Positions 24,150-36,084 of a stretch of 64,000 bases of DNA are shown piece after piece (within the stretch, counting starts at the first letter, position 1; every line of letters starts with the position of its first letter). The DNA is from Camelus ferus. Its lineage: Eukaryota. The position numbers and the translations under genes are program-made. The notes under the pieces were generated by a model. That model ran no database searches, was not told where the DNA came from, and saw nothing but the letters and a program-made list of their open reading frames with translations. Location of the stretch: positions 114,702,001-114,766,000 of the forward strand of contig NC_045696.1 of the NCBI RefSeq assembly GCF_009834535.1. Direction: 5' to 3'.

Positions 24150-25900
24150 AAATAAGTGAAAAGTGCTTAAGTGAAGAATGTCTGGTACACATGAAATATT
24201 TTTGAGCTTAATAATTCCGGAGAAAAGTTGAAGAAGAAGAAAATCATGGAATGGTTGAGCAATTGGAAAAGCCAAACAAAACATGAGGAAGTGTTTGGAA
24301 GAGACTTGGAGGATAATACAGTAGATGTTTTATGCGAAGAGTGGTATTCTAGTGGGAGAGAAATAAACAGGAAAGAGGAGTAAAAATTAAATAATAGACT
24401 AACCTAAAGAAACAGAAGAGTGGGTAGATTGGAAGGGCTGTGTTGGTGAGAAAAGGCTGGGATAGACTGAAAATTCCTCATGTATGAAGTTAAAGGAGAA
24501 ACTTTACAAAATTCTGCAGAGTCCAGTCAAGTCTCCTAAAAACTTCAGACTCACTGGGCTGCTTCTTTATAGCACTGGGAGATAGAGAAGAGCATAACAG
24601 TGTCCAGACTTCAGAGAGAAAGGTCTTACAATGTAATTTTACTCTATTCAGTCAAGGTATCTTTCCTCTATTTAGATGAAAAAAATTTTTGAGGCTATAA
24701 ATAATTCAAAGTGTATATTCTTTGCCTCTTTCTGAAGAAAGTATTTAAGAAAGTGCAATAAATAGCAAACAACAGGTAGCCCAAGTTAGGGAAGGGTAAA
24801 GAAGAAAGGAAAACAGTGGTGAGAAATGGTATGTAGATATGGGTAAAGAGAGATTGTCTGAGAATACATGGTCTGTGATTATGAGTGAAGGATTCTAGAA
24901 AAGATACATGCTAACCGAGTTTAGTAGTAGCTCAGACCTAGAAGGACTCAACAATCTCAAAACAAAACAAAACTATGAGTTAGGGGAGGAAGAAAGTTTT
25001 CTAAAGCTCTCATTTTATGGGGGATGTGAAGGGAACAGACATGAGGAAGAGAAGTCATGAGCAACAGTGAGATGAACAGCTTGTACAGGTCAGGGAAATA
25101 ACACTCTTAACAAAAAGGATTAACAGACACACACTATGTATAAAGTAGATAAACAACAAGGACCTACTGTAGAGCACAGGGAACTATATTCAGTCTCTTG
25201 TAATAGCCTGTAATGGAAAAGAATCTGAAAAGAAATATATATATACACACACACACACACAAAAACATTATACATATACATATACATATAACTGAATCAC
25301 TTTGCTGTACACCTGAAACTAACATTGTAGATCAACTAGACTTCAATAGAAAATTTTGAAAAAGGAATAGTATTAGTATTAAGAAACCCAAAAGGAAAGT
25401 GTGCTTATTAACAGAATGGAGACCATTAAAGGAGTAGAAAAGCAAAATAGATTTTCCTACTTAGCAAGGGGAGGAGTGAAAAGAATAGGAAATTAACACT
25501 AGGCAATGAAAGTAAAAGAAATAATTAGGAAACAGCATTTGAAATTAGTAATGAAGCATGTTGGAAGGAATAATGTATATCAAGTCATTGTATTAAATAC
25601 AAGTAGCCTGAATTCCTGCAGAAAGGGTTAAAAATAAAATGGATATGTGTTTTTACATGGAACATTGGTAAAATAAAACAATAATGAAGGCTTGAACTTA
25701 AAGTAGTGGCAAAATATCAGAAAATGGCAAAAAAAACCAAAACCAAAAACAATGAAAGAAGGTCAGCAGTATTAATATCAGAAGAGGTGAAATGTAGGGT
25801 TAAAAATTCCAAACAGAATGAAATGTGATATTAAATGATGACAGAAAGTACAATTTGTGGAACTCACAAAAATCAGGAGCTTATGCACAAATCACATAGC
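24150..25900 (+). mobile_element. Ancient L1 ORF1-to-ORF2 endonuclease region, heavily degraded, interrupted by a younger L1
   Basis: Strong A/G skew. ORF1-end-like text ~24610-24740 and EN-like text ~25580-25900. Confidence 0.5.
25117..25355 (+). mobile_element. L1 3' UTR (artiodactyl/camelid type)
   Basis: agataaacaacaaggacctactgtagagcacagggaactatattcag..actgaatcactttgctgtacacctgaaactaac. Same family as 21532-21945. Confidence 0.92.
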
Positions 25901-26350
25901 ACAATTTATTAATTATATTTTTCCATAAATTGATTTTTCTTACTTTAATTTCAACAAAATGCTTAATTATATTACTATAATTAATTTTTGCTGCTTTAAT
26001 TTCAACAAAATGCTTAATTGTATTACTATAATTAATTTTTGCTGCTTTAATTTCAACAAAATGCTTAATTATATTACTATAGTTAATTTTTGTTATAGTA
26101 AGACACATGATCTAAACAATTAAAAAGTATTTACACTCAAAGTGTACATTTCTATTTTCATCAAAAACAAATTAATGCAAATATTAAAAATTGAAATTAA
26201 TTTTCATATGATCATTATAGTTATCCTCCTTTGAAAGTGTTTAAAGTTACCTATTAAAATTAAAAGATGAAATAATAATATTCTCTGAAGAAAGCTGATG
26301 TTTAAATCAATTTTTGAAAATTTTATTTTATTCTCTTAAATATTAAAAAA
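25895..26350 (-). mobile_element. hAT (Tip100/Zaphod-like) DNA transposon remnant
   Basis: Very AT-rich. - strand encodes INYSNIIKHFVEIKVRKINL, resembling the hAT transposase terminal motif (..DYxxIIxxFAxxKARK.xF). Confidence 0.5.
25943..26092. repeat. Tandem repeat, 51-bp unit x ~3
   Basis: Unit ctttaatttcaacaaaatgcttaattatattactataattaatttttgctg starts at 25943, 25994 and 26045. Copies differ by 1-2 substitutions. Confidence 0.97.
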
Positions 26351-27072
26351 TAAAATTTCTCATTCTCATATATTTCTAGTATTCTGGGAATACTAGGGAA
26401 ATGATCTCTCATGAGATAATTTATTGCATTTATAGCAACTGAAAGGAAGGGTTTGGGACAAAGTTTTTTGCTTTTCTTTTACTAGAGTACAAATCCTGTC
26501 ACATCCTCTTTGATCTCTAAGCAGTGCCCATCTCTGGCATTAGCTGGAGGACAGCCTATAAACCCTGATGACATTTAGAGAGTCACTCTTCGTTTTGAGG
26601 ACATAGGTTAGGAGATGGGCAGAAATGTCTTCCTTGGGACCTTACTGTTGACTTATTAAGTCACGAGAGTGGATATCCCTGTGCAGACCATCGGACCCCA
26701 TGTGAAGCACACACGTACTCTTCCAGAAAGCATTTGAGTGCATGTGCTCTGTGATATGAAAAGTGCTCCATAAAGTACCCTGGGCAGGGGTCCCTTTTGC
26801 CTGTATTGAAGGCAGTTCTGATTATAAGAAATCTTGAAATAAGAAACAGTAAGATAGATGTTTTCTGTTAAAAGTTCTGGGACTAATGAGAAAAGCCTTC
26901 AAAGGAAAATGCATGACGACATTGCTATCATCTCAAAAAATCTGTTAGAAATTTAAATAAATTTAAAGCCAATTCCTTTAGGTCCAGATTAAGGAAAGTG
27001 GTCTCTAATATCAGCTTGGCACTTGTTGTGGCCTTTTGATTCTCAATTTGTCCTTGTCCTTTTGAATTAAAG

Positions 27073-27144
27073 AATGTTGTGGATGTTTACAGAGGACATC
27101 ATCCAATTACTTCTCGGGAGCACAGATTTTCACAGGAGGAGATG
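27073..27144 (+). other. Candidate 72-nt exon
   Basis: Branch-like CTCAAT, pyrimidine tract and AG at 27071-72, donor ATG|GTGAGT. All three frames are open. No product recognised. Confidence 0.25.
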
Positions 27145-28789
27145 GTGAGTCAGTGTGCAGGGATTCACAAACCAGAGCTCACGAGCTAATGGAAATCTGG
27201 GGCTCCCCTGATGCTGTAAGCAACAATCTGTATTTGTGCTTAATGGCATTTTCTGGGTGGAAAATCCAGGACTTTTATTATATTCTCAAAGAGATCTATG
27301 AAGGAAAATGCGACTGTGAGCCTCTGAGTGCATTTGGTTGTGATATTCCTTGCTCCTGGCATTTGAAGTTCATCTTTCCTAGTGTCTAGTATTTGCTAAC
27401 TTCCCTACCCACCCAGTGTTCTTTGGTTCTGTTTTCTTTTCCTAAAGTAGTTTATAGTTTGTCCCAATTTTAGGATTCCTAGCAAGTTCTTTTCACACAA
27501 CCCTATTCTAATATTGCCTGTTAGTCTTTAAATGCTATTTGTTGTGACTTTTTTCAACATCAATACCCATTCAAAAGAGCTTTTCAAATTAAGCAATACG
27601 TATTTAATTAATGTAAATTTCATTGATTCATGTCCCAGATAATATTTGACAAAACTATGTAAAGATCTTTACATGTAGTAAAGATTAGGCTAAAATATAG
27701 TTTTGGCCTTTTAAATTTCCCATATTTCAAAGATGATTTACTATCTGTTGTTCTCCAAGGTGTTCATATTAGGCAGCTGCATGATTTATAAATTTAGCTT
27801 TCACTTTGTGCTAATTTTTTGCGTATTTTCTGAAATGGAACAATTTCTAAAAGCCTGTACTGCAGGTATTTTAGGTAACCTCTTCGGCCCTTTTTAGGGA
27901 AAATATTTGTGTGTTTAGAAAGCAAAGTATTCTACCTTTAAAAGAAAATGCATTCGAGGGAACTTAACCTTTGAGTATTTCCTCTCTGGCTGAAGCTACC
28001 AAATTTCCACTTCCCTTATTTCTAATAATATTTATGTTTATCCTCACTGTGACCTCCAGTTCCCTGGTCACTGTCTTTTTTCACAGTCCATCTTCATTTC
28101 CAATACAGCATGTAACGGCTTTAAGATGTTCAGTCCAATAGGCTATGATTCCTTTTTTCTCAAAAACTCAGAATTTCCTGGGATCATTTCCTTTTAGTTT
28201 TGTGCTGCTGATACTCAATCTTGGATAATTCCTGCCACTTAATACCTGCTTCTCTGCTTGCTGTTTCCAAAATATTGCTGAAAATGTCAGGCCGTGGGCC
28301 AATTTATTCCCCCATCAGTTCGCTTAGTGCTAATTCATCTCGGCTCCTTTTCCCCATCAGAAACACTTAACCTCAATTTTAATTTGTCTCCTAGTTTATT
28401 CTCCCCATCTCTCGCTCCATAATTTTCCATTTACGTCCAGCCTCTGACCTAACTCTCTTCACTCTGGAGACAACTTGTCTGATTCTTTATTAATTTATCA
28501 AGGTTATCTGATGTTTGTGTTCCTCGTGGCTTTCCTTTCGACCTCAGATTCTCTATGCATTTTTCATCCATTTTCTTGGTCTTGCCTCTTCTATTTGCCG
28601 AAGAATTTTATTTTGTCCCACTGCCGGCTTGCTTTCCACTTGGGCATTCAACCCAGTCTTTACTGCCATTTGCCCCCGTGTCCTCCACCCTTGGCATTTT
28701 AAGTATTGTAATTTTCTCAGAATTCTTCCTTGCAGGTAAAAAATAATAGTACCCAGAACATCTTGAGTACTCCCAATGGACTGACACTC

Positions 28790-28960
28790 GCCTGCACATT
28801 TTATATTCATTATTTACTTTGATCTCTAGGAGAATCCCATGTGGCAAATATTATTATCATTTCCATTTATAGATGCCCATACTGAGTCTTATTCAGATAT
28901 CAAAACTGAGACTCAATTCTAGGCTTGTATGACTCCAGAGCCAACATTTTAAAGCCATTA
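28790..28960 (-). mobile_element. MIR fragment
   Basis: aatcccatgtggcaaatattattatcatttccatttatagatg..tgactccagagcc. Confidence 0.7.
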
Positions 28961-29099
28961 CATGCTAATAAATATGAGAACTAAACCCCATGCTGTCACC
29001 CCTTTTTTTTTTCATTAGCAAGCTTATTGGGGGAAAAATATACCTTTGATTTCTTAAATGTTTTATTCTTGATTTACTGCCGGATCCCATTAATACGTC

Positions 29100-29860
29100 T
29101 AACACATTGATGTAGACCTCTTTCCTGTAAAACTCTGTCTTGGCTTGGACTTCGCTGGTGTTTGACATTGTCGTCAGTGAGACAACTCCTTCCTCTTTGA
29201 ATTTCTCTTCTCCATAGACTCCTCCAAGATTATGGTCTCTCAACAATCCTTCTCTCACTCATCTTCCCTTAGTATTTTTTTTTTCTCCCCAGACAATGTG
29301 TTCCCTAAGGCTCTGTCTTTGTGTTCTGTCTGCTACGTACTCTATCCTCTGGATATCTCATCCTCTCCTAAGGTTTCAAGTACCATCTATAGGTCATTGT
29401 CTCCCTGTTATAAGCATTAACTTCAAAGTCTTTCTTAATAGCCAGACCCAAATGTCCAGCTGCCTCATGGACATCTCTAAGGGCAATCAGAATATCCATA
29501 AAACCAGTCACTGTTCCCCTGAAACCTTCATTCACTCAGCCTGACTTGTTTTCATCAATGACATTGCCATCAACTCAGTTGGCTGAGATGCCCTGGCCTC
29601 TCCTTTTTCTTTATCCCCCATAATCAATGGGTCACCAGATCCCACTGGTGCTGTTTCAGTGTGGTCCTGCCTCCTGAATCTCTGTCCCTTTGTCTCGTGT
29701 CTGTGCCCCTGACGTCACCATCTCCCTTTGTAAATATCACCCATCACAGTCACCGGTTTTGCTTGTCTCTTGTCCTCCCTTTATTCAATTCAGTCTTCAC
29801 CATAGTGGCTTTGCATAAACAGGCTTTTCTTCAAAAATCTAGATGTGATGAGCCTTTATT
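29100..29860 (+). mobile_element. L2 LINE fragment
   Basis: Pyrimidine-rich. atctcatcctctcc..aggtttcaagtaccatctat, cagacccaaatgtccagctgcctcatggacatctc, ttcaaaaatctagatgtgat. Confidence 0.75.
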
Positions 29861-29949
29861 TATTTTTAACCTTTTTAACCCTAACTCTACATCCATTGAT
29901 CATAGATTTGTAAGTTTCCTTTTGTTACGCAATCCTTCCGACACCTGTC

Positions 29950-30540
29950 TTTTCCTGTGGGGCTGACTCCACTCTCACCTGCAGGGAAGCACGTAATCTG
30001 GGCCTGGCCAGTCAACAAATGGCCCAGTCGACTGGTCTAGGGGTAGAGCCACTCAGACTTCCACTCAGGCATTCTCCATCTGGGTGATATCACCCCCAGG
30101 GATGAGAAAAATCTTCAATCTCACCGTAGTTTACGTCCCTCTGCAGCTCAACCTTACATGACAAAATCTTCTCCCTTACTTTCCTGAGAAGTAAGGGGAA
30201 ACCAGAAAAAATATGTTAGAAGTCTCTTTAGGGGAATGATAATGAAAGAAGCTTGAGAAACACTGAGCTGTGGTGACAGTAAGAGAGAAATGCTTTCATT
30301 TCCGGCAGGGCTGGGATCAGAAAAGAAATCTAGGTTTGAATTTCTGCAGCCCTCTAGTGCTGCAAAGCAAGAATGTGACTGAGAGCAGAGTCAAAATGAG
30401 GAAGCAAAGCCAACGATGGATGGGAGAGGTTGGGTCCTGATCACATCCTTGTGCCTCTGAATACAGCTATTTCTCAAGTAAAATCTCACACTAGGCTTCT
30501 TAATGATGTAGACAAATTTCCATTTTTGCTTAAGCCATTG
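29950..30540 (+). mobile_element. Old MLT1-type LTR interrupted by a hAT-Charlie element (~30066-30265)
   Basis: MLT1-like gtcctgatcacatcctt..gcctctgaatacagct and ttccattttttgcttaagcca. The inner segment ends ttgagaaacactg, a Charlie TIR. Confidence 0.5.
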
Positions 30541-31574
30541 TTTTTTTTTTTTTAAATCACTGTCCACAGTAACAACCCTTAAGAATGTTGACTCTGCTAG
30601 TGTTTTTACATATTTCTCTACTACTCATCTTCTCTTTCAATTTTATCATAAACTGTCCATTCATGCCTCATTGTTTTAGCTTGAGTTTTTTTCTTAGCCA
30701 TAATGCTCTTGAGTTTCTGCACTGTAAATTCCTCTTTTTAAGACATGTTAAATATGACATGTATACTATGATTTTCAATGCATTTCTCTCATACCATACT
30801 GTAATAGAAATTTATCCATAAGTTAATTTTAATATTCTTCCTATTACATTTAAAATTTTTTTGATATGTCTATATTTTCGTGAGATGGTGAGATTTTGGA
30901 GTTTTTAATAAACACTTTAATTTTGTATCTCCAGGTTCTAGGAGAGTGCTCTCAAAATATGAACTGCTCAAGAAAATTGATTTAATTGCATTTTCACTGG
31001 CAAATTACTGTACATATCTAATTTTCCCTCAACGTTTCTGAAGAGAAGAGGGAAGTTGATTATCAGAATAATATCCACACAAGTCCACCTAACCCAAAGG
31101 GAAATGAATCAGAAGTCTGTAAACGATGAATTAACTGAGTCTTACACACTTAGATGATTTTGCCACTTGAGTGAGTGGAGTGTGAGTGGGTAGTGTGGAG
31201 ACTTCCAGCACAGTGGTCCAGAATGACGGTTGGTACCGAGAAAAGGATAATTATAGGGCTCCAGTGTTCCCAAGGGAGGTCCTGATGCATAATGCATAAA
31301 TCAAGGCTAATTTGTGCCGGAGTGATCATCCTTCGTCAGACTGAAGGCAAGTGTGCTATTTGACGAAACTGTAGGTGGATAGCAGCGCTTCTGGGAATAC
31401 TGATTTCATAGCCTATGGGGAATATAATAGTAAAAATGGACACATTTCGTTGTAGCAAAGCTGACTTTCTGAAGCTTTAAACAAATATTAGATTTGTACC
31501 ATATTATGAAACAGCAAAGCATTAATATTGTCTTCTTTTTCTTCTCTCTTTTCATCATAGCTTCAACCAGAATT

Positions 31575-31758
31575 TTTTTCCAGCTTTATGGAGACATAAC
31601 AGATATATAACATTGTGTAAAATGCAAAATGTAAGGATTTCATATATGTATTTATCACAAAATGATTACCACAATAAGGTTAGTTAACACATCCATCACC
31701 TCGCACAGTTTCAATTTTTTTTTTGGTGTGGCAAGCACTTTATAAATCTACTCTTTTT
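31575..31758 (-). mobile_element. L1 3' end (L1MA9-like)
   Basis: cagctttatggagacataac..atgattaccacaataaggttagttaacacatccatcacctc. Confidence 0.85.
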
Positions 31759-31899
31759 ATATCAGAAATTATATTGGAAGTTTATATAGGCACACTCAGT
31801 ATAAAATTCTGTCGTTTAAATCTATACATTTAGAGTTTTTTTCCCTTGAGTTTTTTCCATCTATCTCTGTCTTTGCCTAGGTTTGGCTTAAAAACAAAA

Positions 31900-32850
31900 T
31901 TTAGGTAAAAGAATAAACAGTTAAATATATCTGATACTATTCTTAAAAATAAGAATAAAGGAAGACTTTGCCTACCAAAAATGAAAACACATTATGAACC
32001 TACATTTACTGTTAAAGCAATAAAATGTTAGAAATGTTAACATAGAAAGCAACATAATACAGAGTCTTTTAAACATCTTATGTCAGGGAGAGGAAAAAAA
32101 ATCACATTCACAGAAAATCAAATTATCTTTTTGTTTTCCACTATATATAATTTTACCCAGGATGAATTAAAGCTTTTAGTATAAAATAAAATTATTAATA
32201 TTCATGTAATCATTTCTGTCGAGATAGACTTACTAACCATTATGTCATTTTGTGATCCTAGAAAGGAAAAGATGGATAGGTTTGGTTTCACGATATTGAA
32301 CAGCTCCTCAACATTAAAAATTTCATATGTAAAAACTTGTATTGAACTAACATGACAAATAGAGCCAAAGTCCTTAATATAAAAAGTGTACTTGCAAATC
32401 AATAAGAAAAAAATGTTAGTTACAAGTGGATGAACAACATTATATATTAGTACAAAACTGAGAAGTAAAACAATGAAAGAATTGTTGGACTTCAACAATC
32501 TTAAAAGGGAAACAAATGAAAACAGCACATATAATTTTCACTTGCAAATTTTGAGCAATGAAAGAAAATGTTACTAATGGTCAGATGAAAAGATAAATTA
32601 CTAGTAGAAGCATAAATTTATTTTTCCTTTCAAGCAAGCAATTTGACAGTAAGTATCAAAATATTTAAAGATGTTTATTTTTATTTTCCTTGAGTCAAGA
32701 ATTCTGCTTCTAGGACTCCGCTGTAAGCATGAATCACTGATGCAGCTGTGGGTTACTTGCAGTAATATTTACAAGAGTGAAAGCCTGGGAATAGCTTAAA
32801 TGTTCAAAATTCAATAATGAGTCAAACACATTATAGTATACCCCAAAACA
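31900..32850 (+). mobile_element. Ancient L1ME ORF2 3' region
   Basis: aagaataaaggaagactttgcctacca, cttgcaaatcaataagaaaaa, gcaatttgacagtaagtatcaaaa, aattctgcttctagga. Confidence 0.7.
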
Positions 32851-32886
32851 GAAGCACTGACGTGGCTTTCAAAAATTACTTTTAAA

Positions 32887-32990
32887 ATTTTGGGGAAGAG
32901 GTAATTAGGTATATAATTATTTATTTACTTCAATGTAGGGACTGGGGAATTGAACCCATGCACTCTACCACTGAGCTATGCCCCCCCTCC
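32887..32990 (-). mobile_element. Camelid tRNA-derived SINE (Vic-1 type), internally deleted
   Basis: - strand reads GGGGGCATAGCTCAGTGGTAGAGTGCATGGGTTCAATTCCCCAGT..AAATAAATAA..CCTAATTACCTC. Pol III A and B boxes are present. Confidence 0.88.
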
Positions 32991-33029
32991 ACTAAAAATT
33001 TAAACTGTGGAACAATGATGAAGATTAGC

Positions 33030-33262
33030 AAGTAAAAGTCACTTACTATGTGCCAGACCCTATGCTAAGGACTTTGCTGTAATACCTCCCATCATTTTCA
33101 CATCAGCCAGGAAAGATAATTTTTCTGTTTTAAGCACAGTAAAACGAAGCTCAGAGAAGTTAAATTACTTCCCTTTGTTCACACAACAAGTAACTCGTGA
33201 AGCCTGGTTACAAATCTAGGAAATTGTCTCCAGAGCGCACTTTTAACATCTGTGCTATGCTG
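33030..33262 (-). mobile_element. MIR SINE
   Basis: cacttactatgtgccagaccctatgctaag..gaagctcagagaagttaaattactt..tctccagagcgcacttttaac. Confidence 0.88.
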
Positions 33263-33974
33263 ACACCAGAATGGTCAATGATCACAATCCAACATGGTGG
33301 AAACAAATGGGATACTGTGCTTAAAACAGTGTAAGATCCAGATGAGCAGAAGTATTTACTTGGGGTCTTAGCTCTGCTCAGGTCAACCCCTGTTCTGGTT
33401 CTGGTCCAGTAACTCTAACCTCTCAAGGGAGGTACTGTTTGCTCAGTTAAATTGGACATTAAGCCTCCAAGTCTTTATTGGACGTTGGCAGGTTTATTTT
33501 GAGATCTTGTAATGTCTGTGCCTGCTGGGGATGTAAAATTCCACCCTGCTGGCCATTGGTACCCTTTTCTCTTGGATATGAAGACTGGTTTAGCATGCAG
33601 TGCCAAGATGGGTGGTAGAAAGAATGGAAGACTGAAGTATGAAAAGAGTGACATTTGGAAGGTTAAAATACATTAGTCGATTACGAGGGTGAGGGGGGAC
33701 AATACTCTTTCCAAAGAGTGACTGACCTTTGAGATGTATCTGAAACAGGAAATTTAATTATGTCCTGTGACTCTGGTCAGCATAATTGTCAACTATTGCC
33801 ATTGACCTTTTAATGATTTAAACATACAAGAAAGCTGTCTAGATGCACTTTAGTTTATTGTATACCTGACCATGATTTATTCGGGAGCCTGTCTTTTACA
33901 TTTAAGTGTTGCTTGTGTCCTTTAACTCTTAAGTAGAATATATTTTTTGACCTTGTAATAATATTAATTCTCTC

Positions 33975-33986
33975 TGTGTGTGTGTA

Positions 33987-34016
<30 letters not shown>
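33975..34016. repeat. (TG)n(TA)n microsatellite
   Basis: About 17 TG units followed by TA units. Confidence 0.95.
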
Positions 34017-34017
<1 letters not shown>

Positions 34018-35860
34018 TGCCTAGACCAGAATAATTTGATGTCCTTATTTTGACCCTTCGAAGTAAGAAACTGGGACAAGGTCATATCCTCCTAAATCCA
34101 AGAGGAGTCTTATTTATACTTGCTTTCTCTTTTCCTTCAGATGATTTATTATAGGAAGGATTACCACATGAATAATTAAAGTTTTAAATGTACAGGGCAG
34201 AGATAAGTAAATAATTACAAGCAAAACTCATTTTTATTTAAATAAGCTGCAGAGGAGAATTTAAGATGGTGCTGACTTTCTCAAGTCAGGAAGATACCGT
34301 CTTCCTTCCTAAATTTTAGCACACTTATTCAAAATGGTGAGTAGCCCGGGGATTAACACAACGGCTGCTTTTCTTTTTTTTTTTTTTTTTTTGTTTCAAA
34401 TCCAATAGTGGAATATTTTGGCATCCTTAGAGCTGCACAGTGTGGTTTTCTGGGTTGTTATTTCCTTTCTGGCAGTATTTTAATACAAGTACAGAAAATG
34501 GAAAAATTATCTTTATAGCCTCCATTTTATTGCAGAAGCAATGCAGGGATTAATCAGTTTGCAGTTAGAAAAAAATTCCCTAAATTATGAAGCAAAGTTT
34601 TAAAATTTATTAATTCACAATCTGCAGAAGGATTTTGGCTATATTTGTTTTCTCTCTGCTGAAGGGAAATGGGAAAGTTACATGAAAAATGACTTAACCC
34701 CAAGTTCATATTCTACAGGGTAATATTTTTGTAAGCCCTGTTAAAATCTCCATGTTTTGTTTCTCCAGCATGACCTCTATTTTTTTTTGTCATTCCTTTG
34801 TTTTTGCAGAACATTTCTAGTCTGGCAGGAGGTCCCCCTCTTAATAAATTCCCATATCCATAAATTCTGATCTCAGGGCCTTTTTCCCACGCTGCCTCCG
34901 TTGGGGCTCCTCGTCTGTATCTCTGCTCCATCTGAACAGTGCCCAGGGAGCAGTGATCAGAGGTCAGGGACCTTGCTACTCTTTCCATCACTAAGTTTCC
35001 TTCTTTGTTCACTAGAAATCACTTAATGGAATTCAAGGCAATGGTTCCATCTTTCTCTCTTAAAAAAGGTTTGAAATTTTTTTTTCATTATAAGAATGTG
35101 GTTTTTAAAAAATAATTGATTTAGCAAGGATGGTAAACTAAGCTGTTAATGTTGCAGAATTTATATGAAGAAAGTCTGGAATTTATATCAAGGAAAGAAA
35201 AATGATCTCTCTCTCTCTTTTGTAATTTTAAAGTTTAATTTAGAGAGGTGAGTAATAACCTGAAATACAGAACAGAACACAACTTGGAGTGAATTCTTTT
35301 CTAATGTAAGAATTGTTTCAGCATTTTTTGCACCTAAAAGTAGATTTTGTTTGTGCTTTAAATAATATGCACTCTTTTGGAAGTTGCAGTAACTCTTAAG
35401 ATCACCAAAGAGCTCTTTAACTACTATTTCAGTGTTTTAAGCTATGCTACCTCCTGCTCTGTTCTCCTGACCTAAAAGTAAATGAAGCTCTAAAGAGACA
35501 TAAAATATAGTGTGGAATTTGATTATACATTGAAAAAAGTCTGTTTCAACTGAGTATAAAAAAATTAAGAATTATTTTAATCTCCTTTAGCTTAAAGAGC
35601 CTCATTGATCTTTTATAATTTTCCCCTTAGAAACATATTTTGAGACCAGTGATGTTATTAACCCTCCATACAGATAAGCAGCGTTGCTTCTTTGCATATG
35701 TCTTGTGTATTTGCCTTAAAACTTGCCTAATTTAAATTACCTTAAGAAAACAATTTTTTTAAAATTTTAAAAAAAGTAAAGAGAATAAATTCTGGATATG
35801 TTGAGAACATGACTTTAAAACAAACAAGTAAGTACCTTACCTCTTACCTCTAAGTCAGCA

Positions 35861-36045
35861 ACACACACACACACACACACACTCACACATACACCTATTA
35901 TTTGAGAAACTGAAGAGTCCACCATAGTCCATTTGTGTTATGATTTCCAAAAAAATACCACGTTACATGCATGTGGTTGGATGAACAGCACATGCACACA
36001 TTCACATGGACACACACACACACACACACACACTCACACACCCAC

Positions 36046-36078
<33 letters not shown>
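35861..36078. repeat. Two (CA)n tracts (35861-35893 and 36010-36078)
   Basis: Interrupted CA runs. They explain the HTHT/CVCV ORFs. Confidence 0.95.

Positions 36079-36084
<6 letters not shown>

Noticed and set aside
25943..26092. CRISPR-like array
   Set aside because: Units are head-to-tail with no unique spacers, there are no cas genes, and the context is mammalian.
26376..26396. Perfect 9-bp hairpin ctagtattc-tgg-gaatactag
   Set aside because: A stem of this length is expected by chance in 64 kb of AT-rich DNA.
32940..32990. tRNA gene
   Set aside because: It lacks the anticodon arm and continues into a SINE body and tail.
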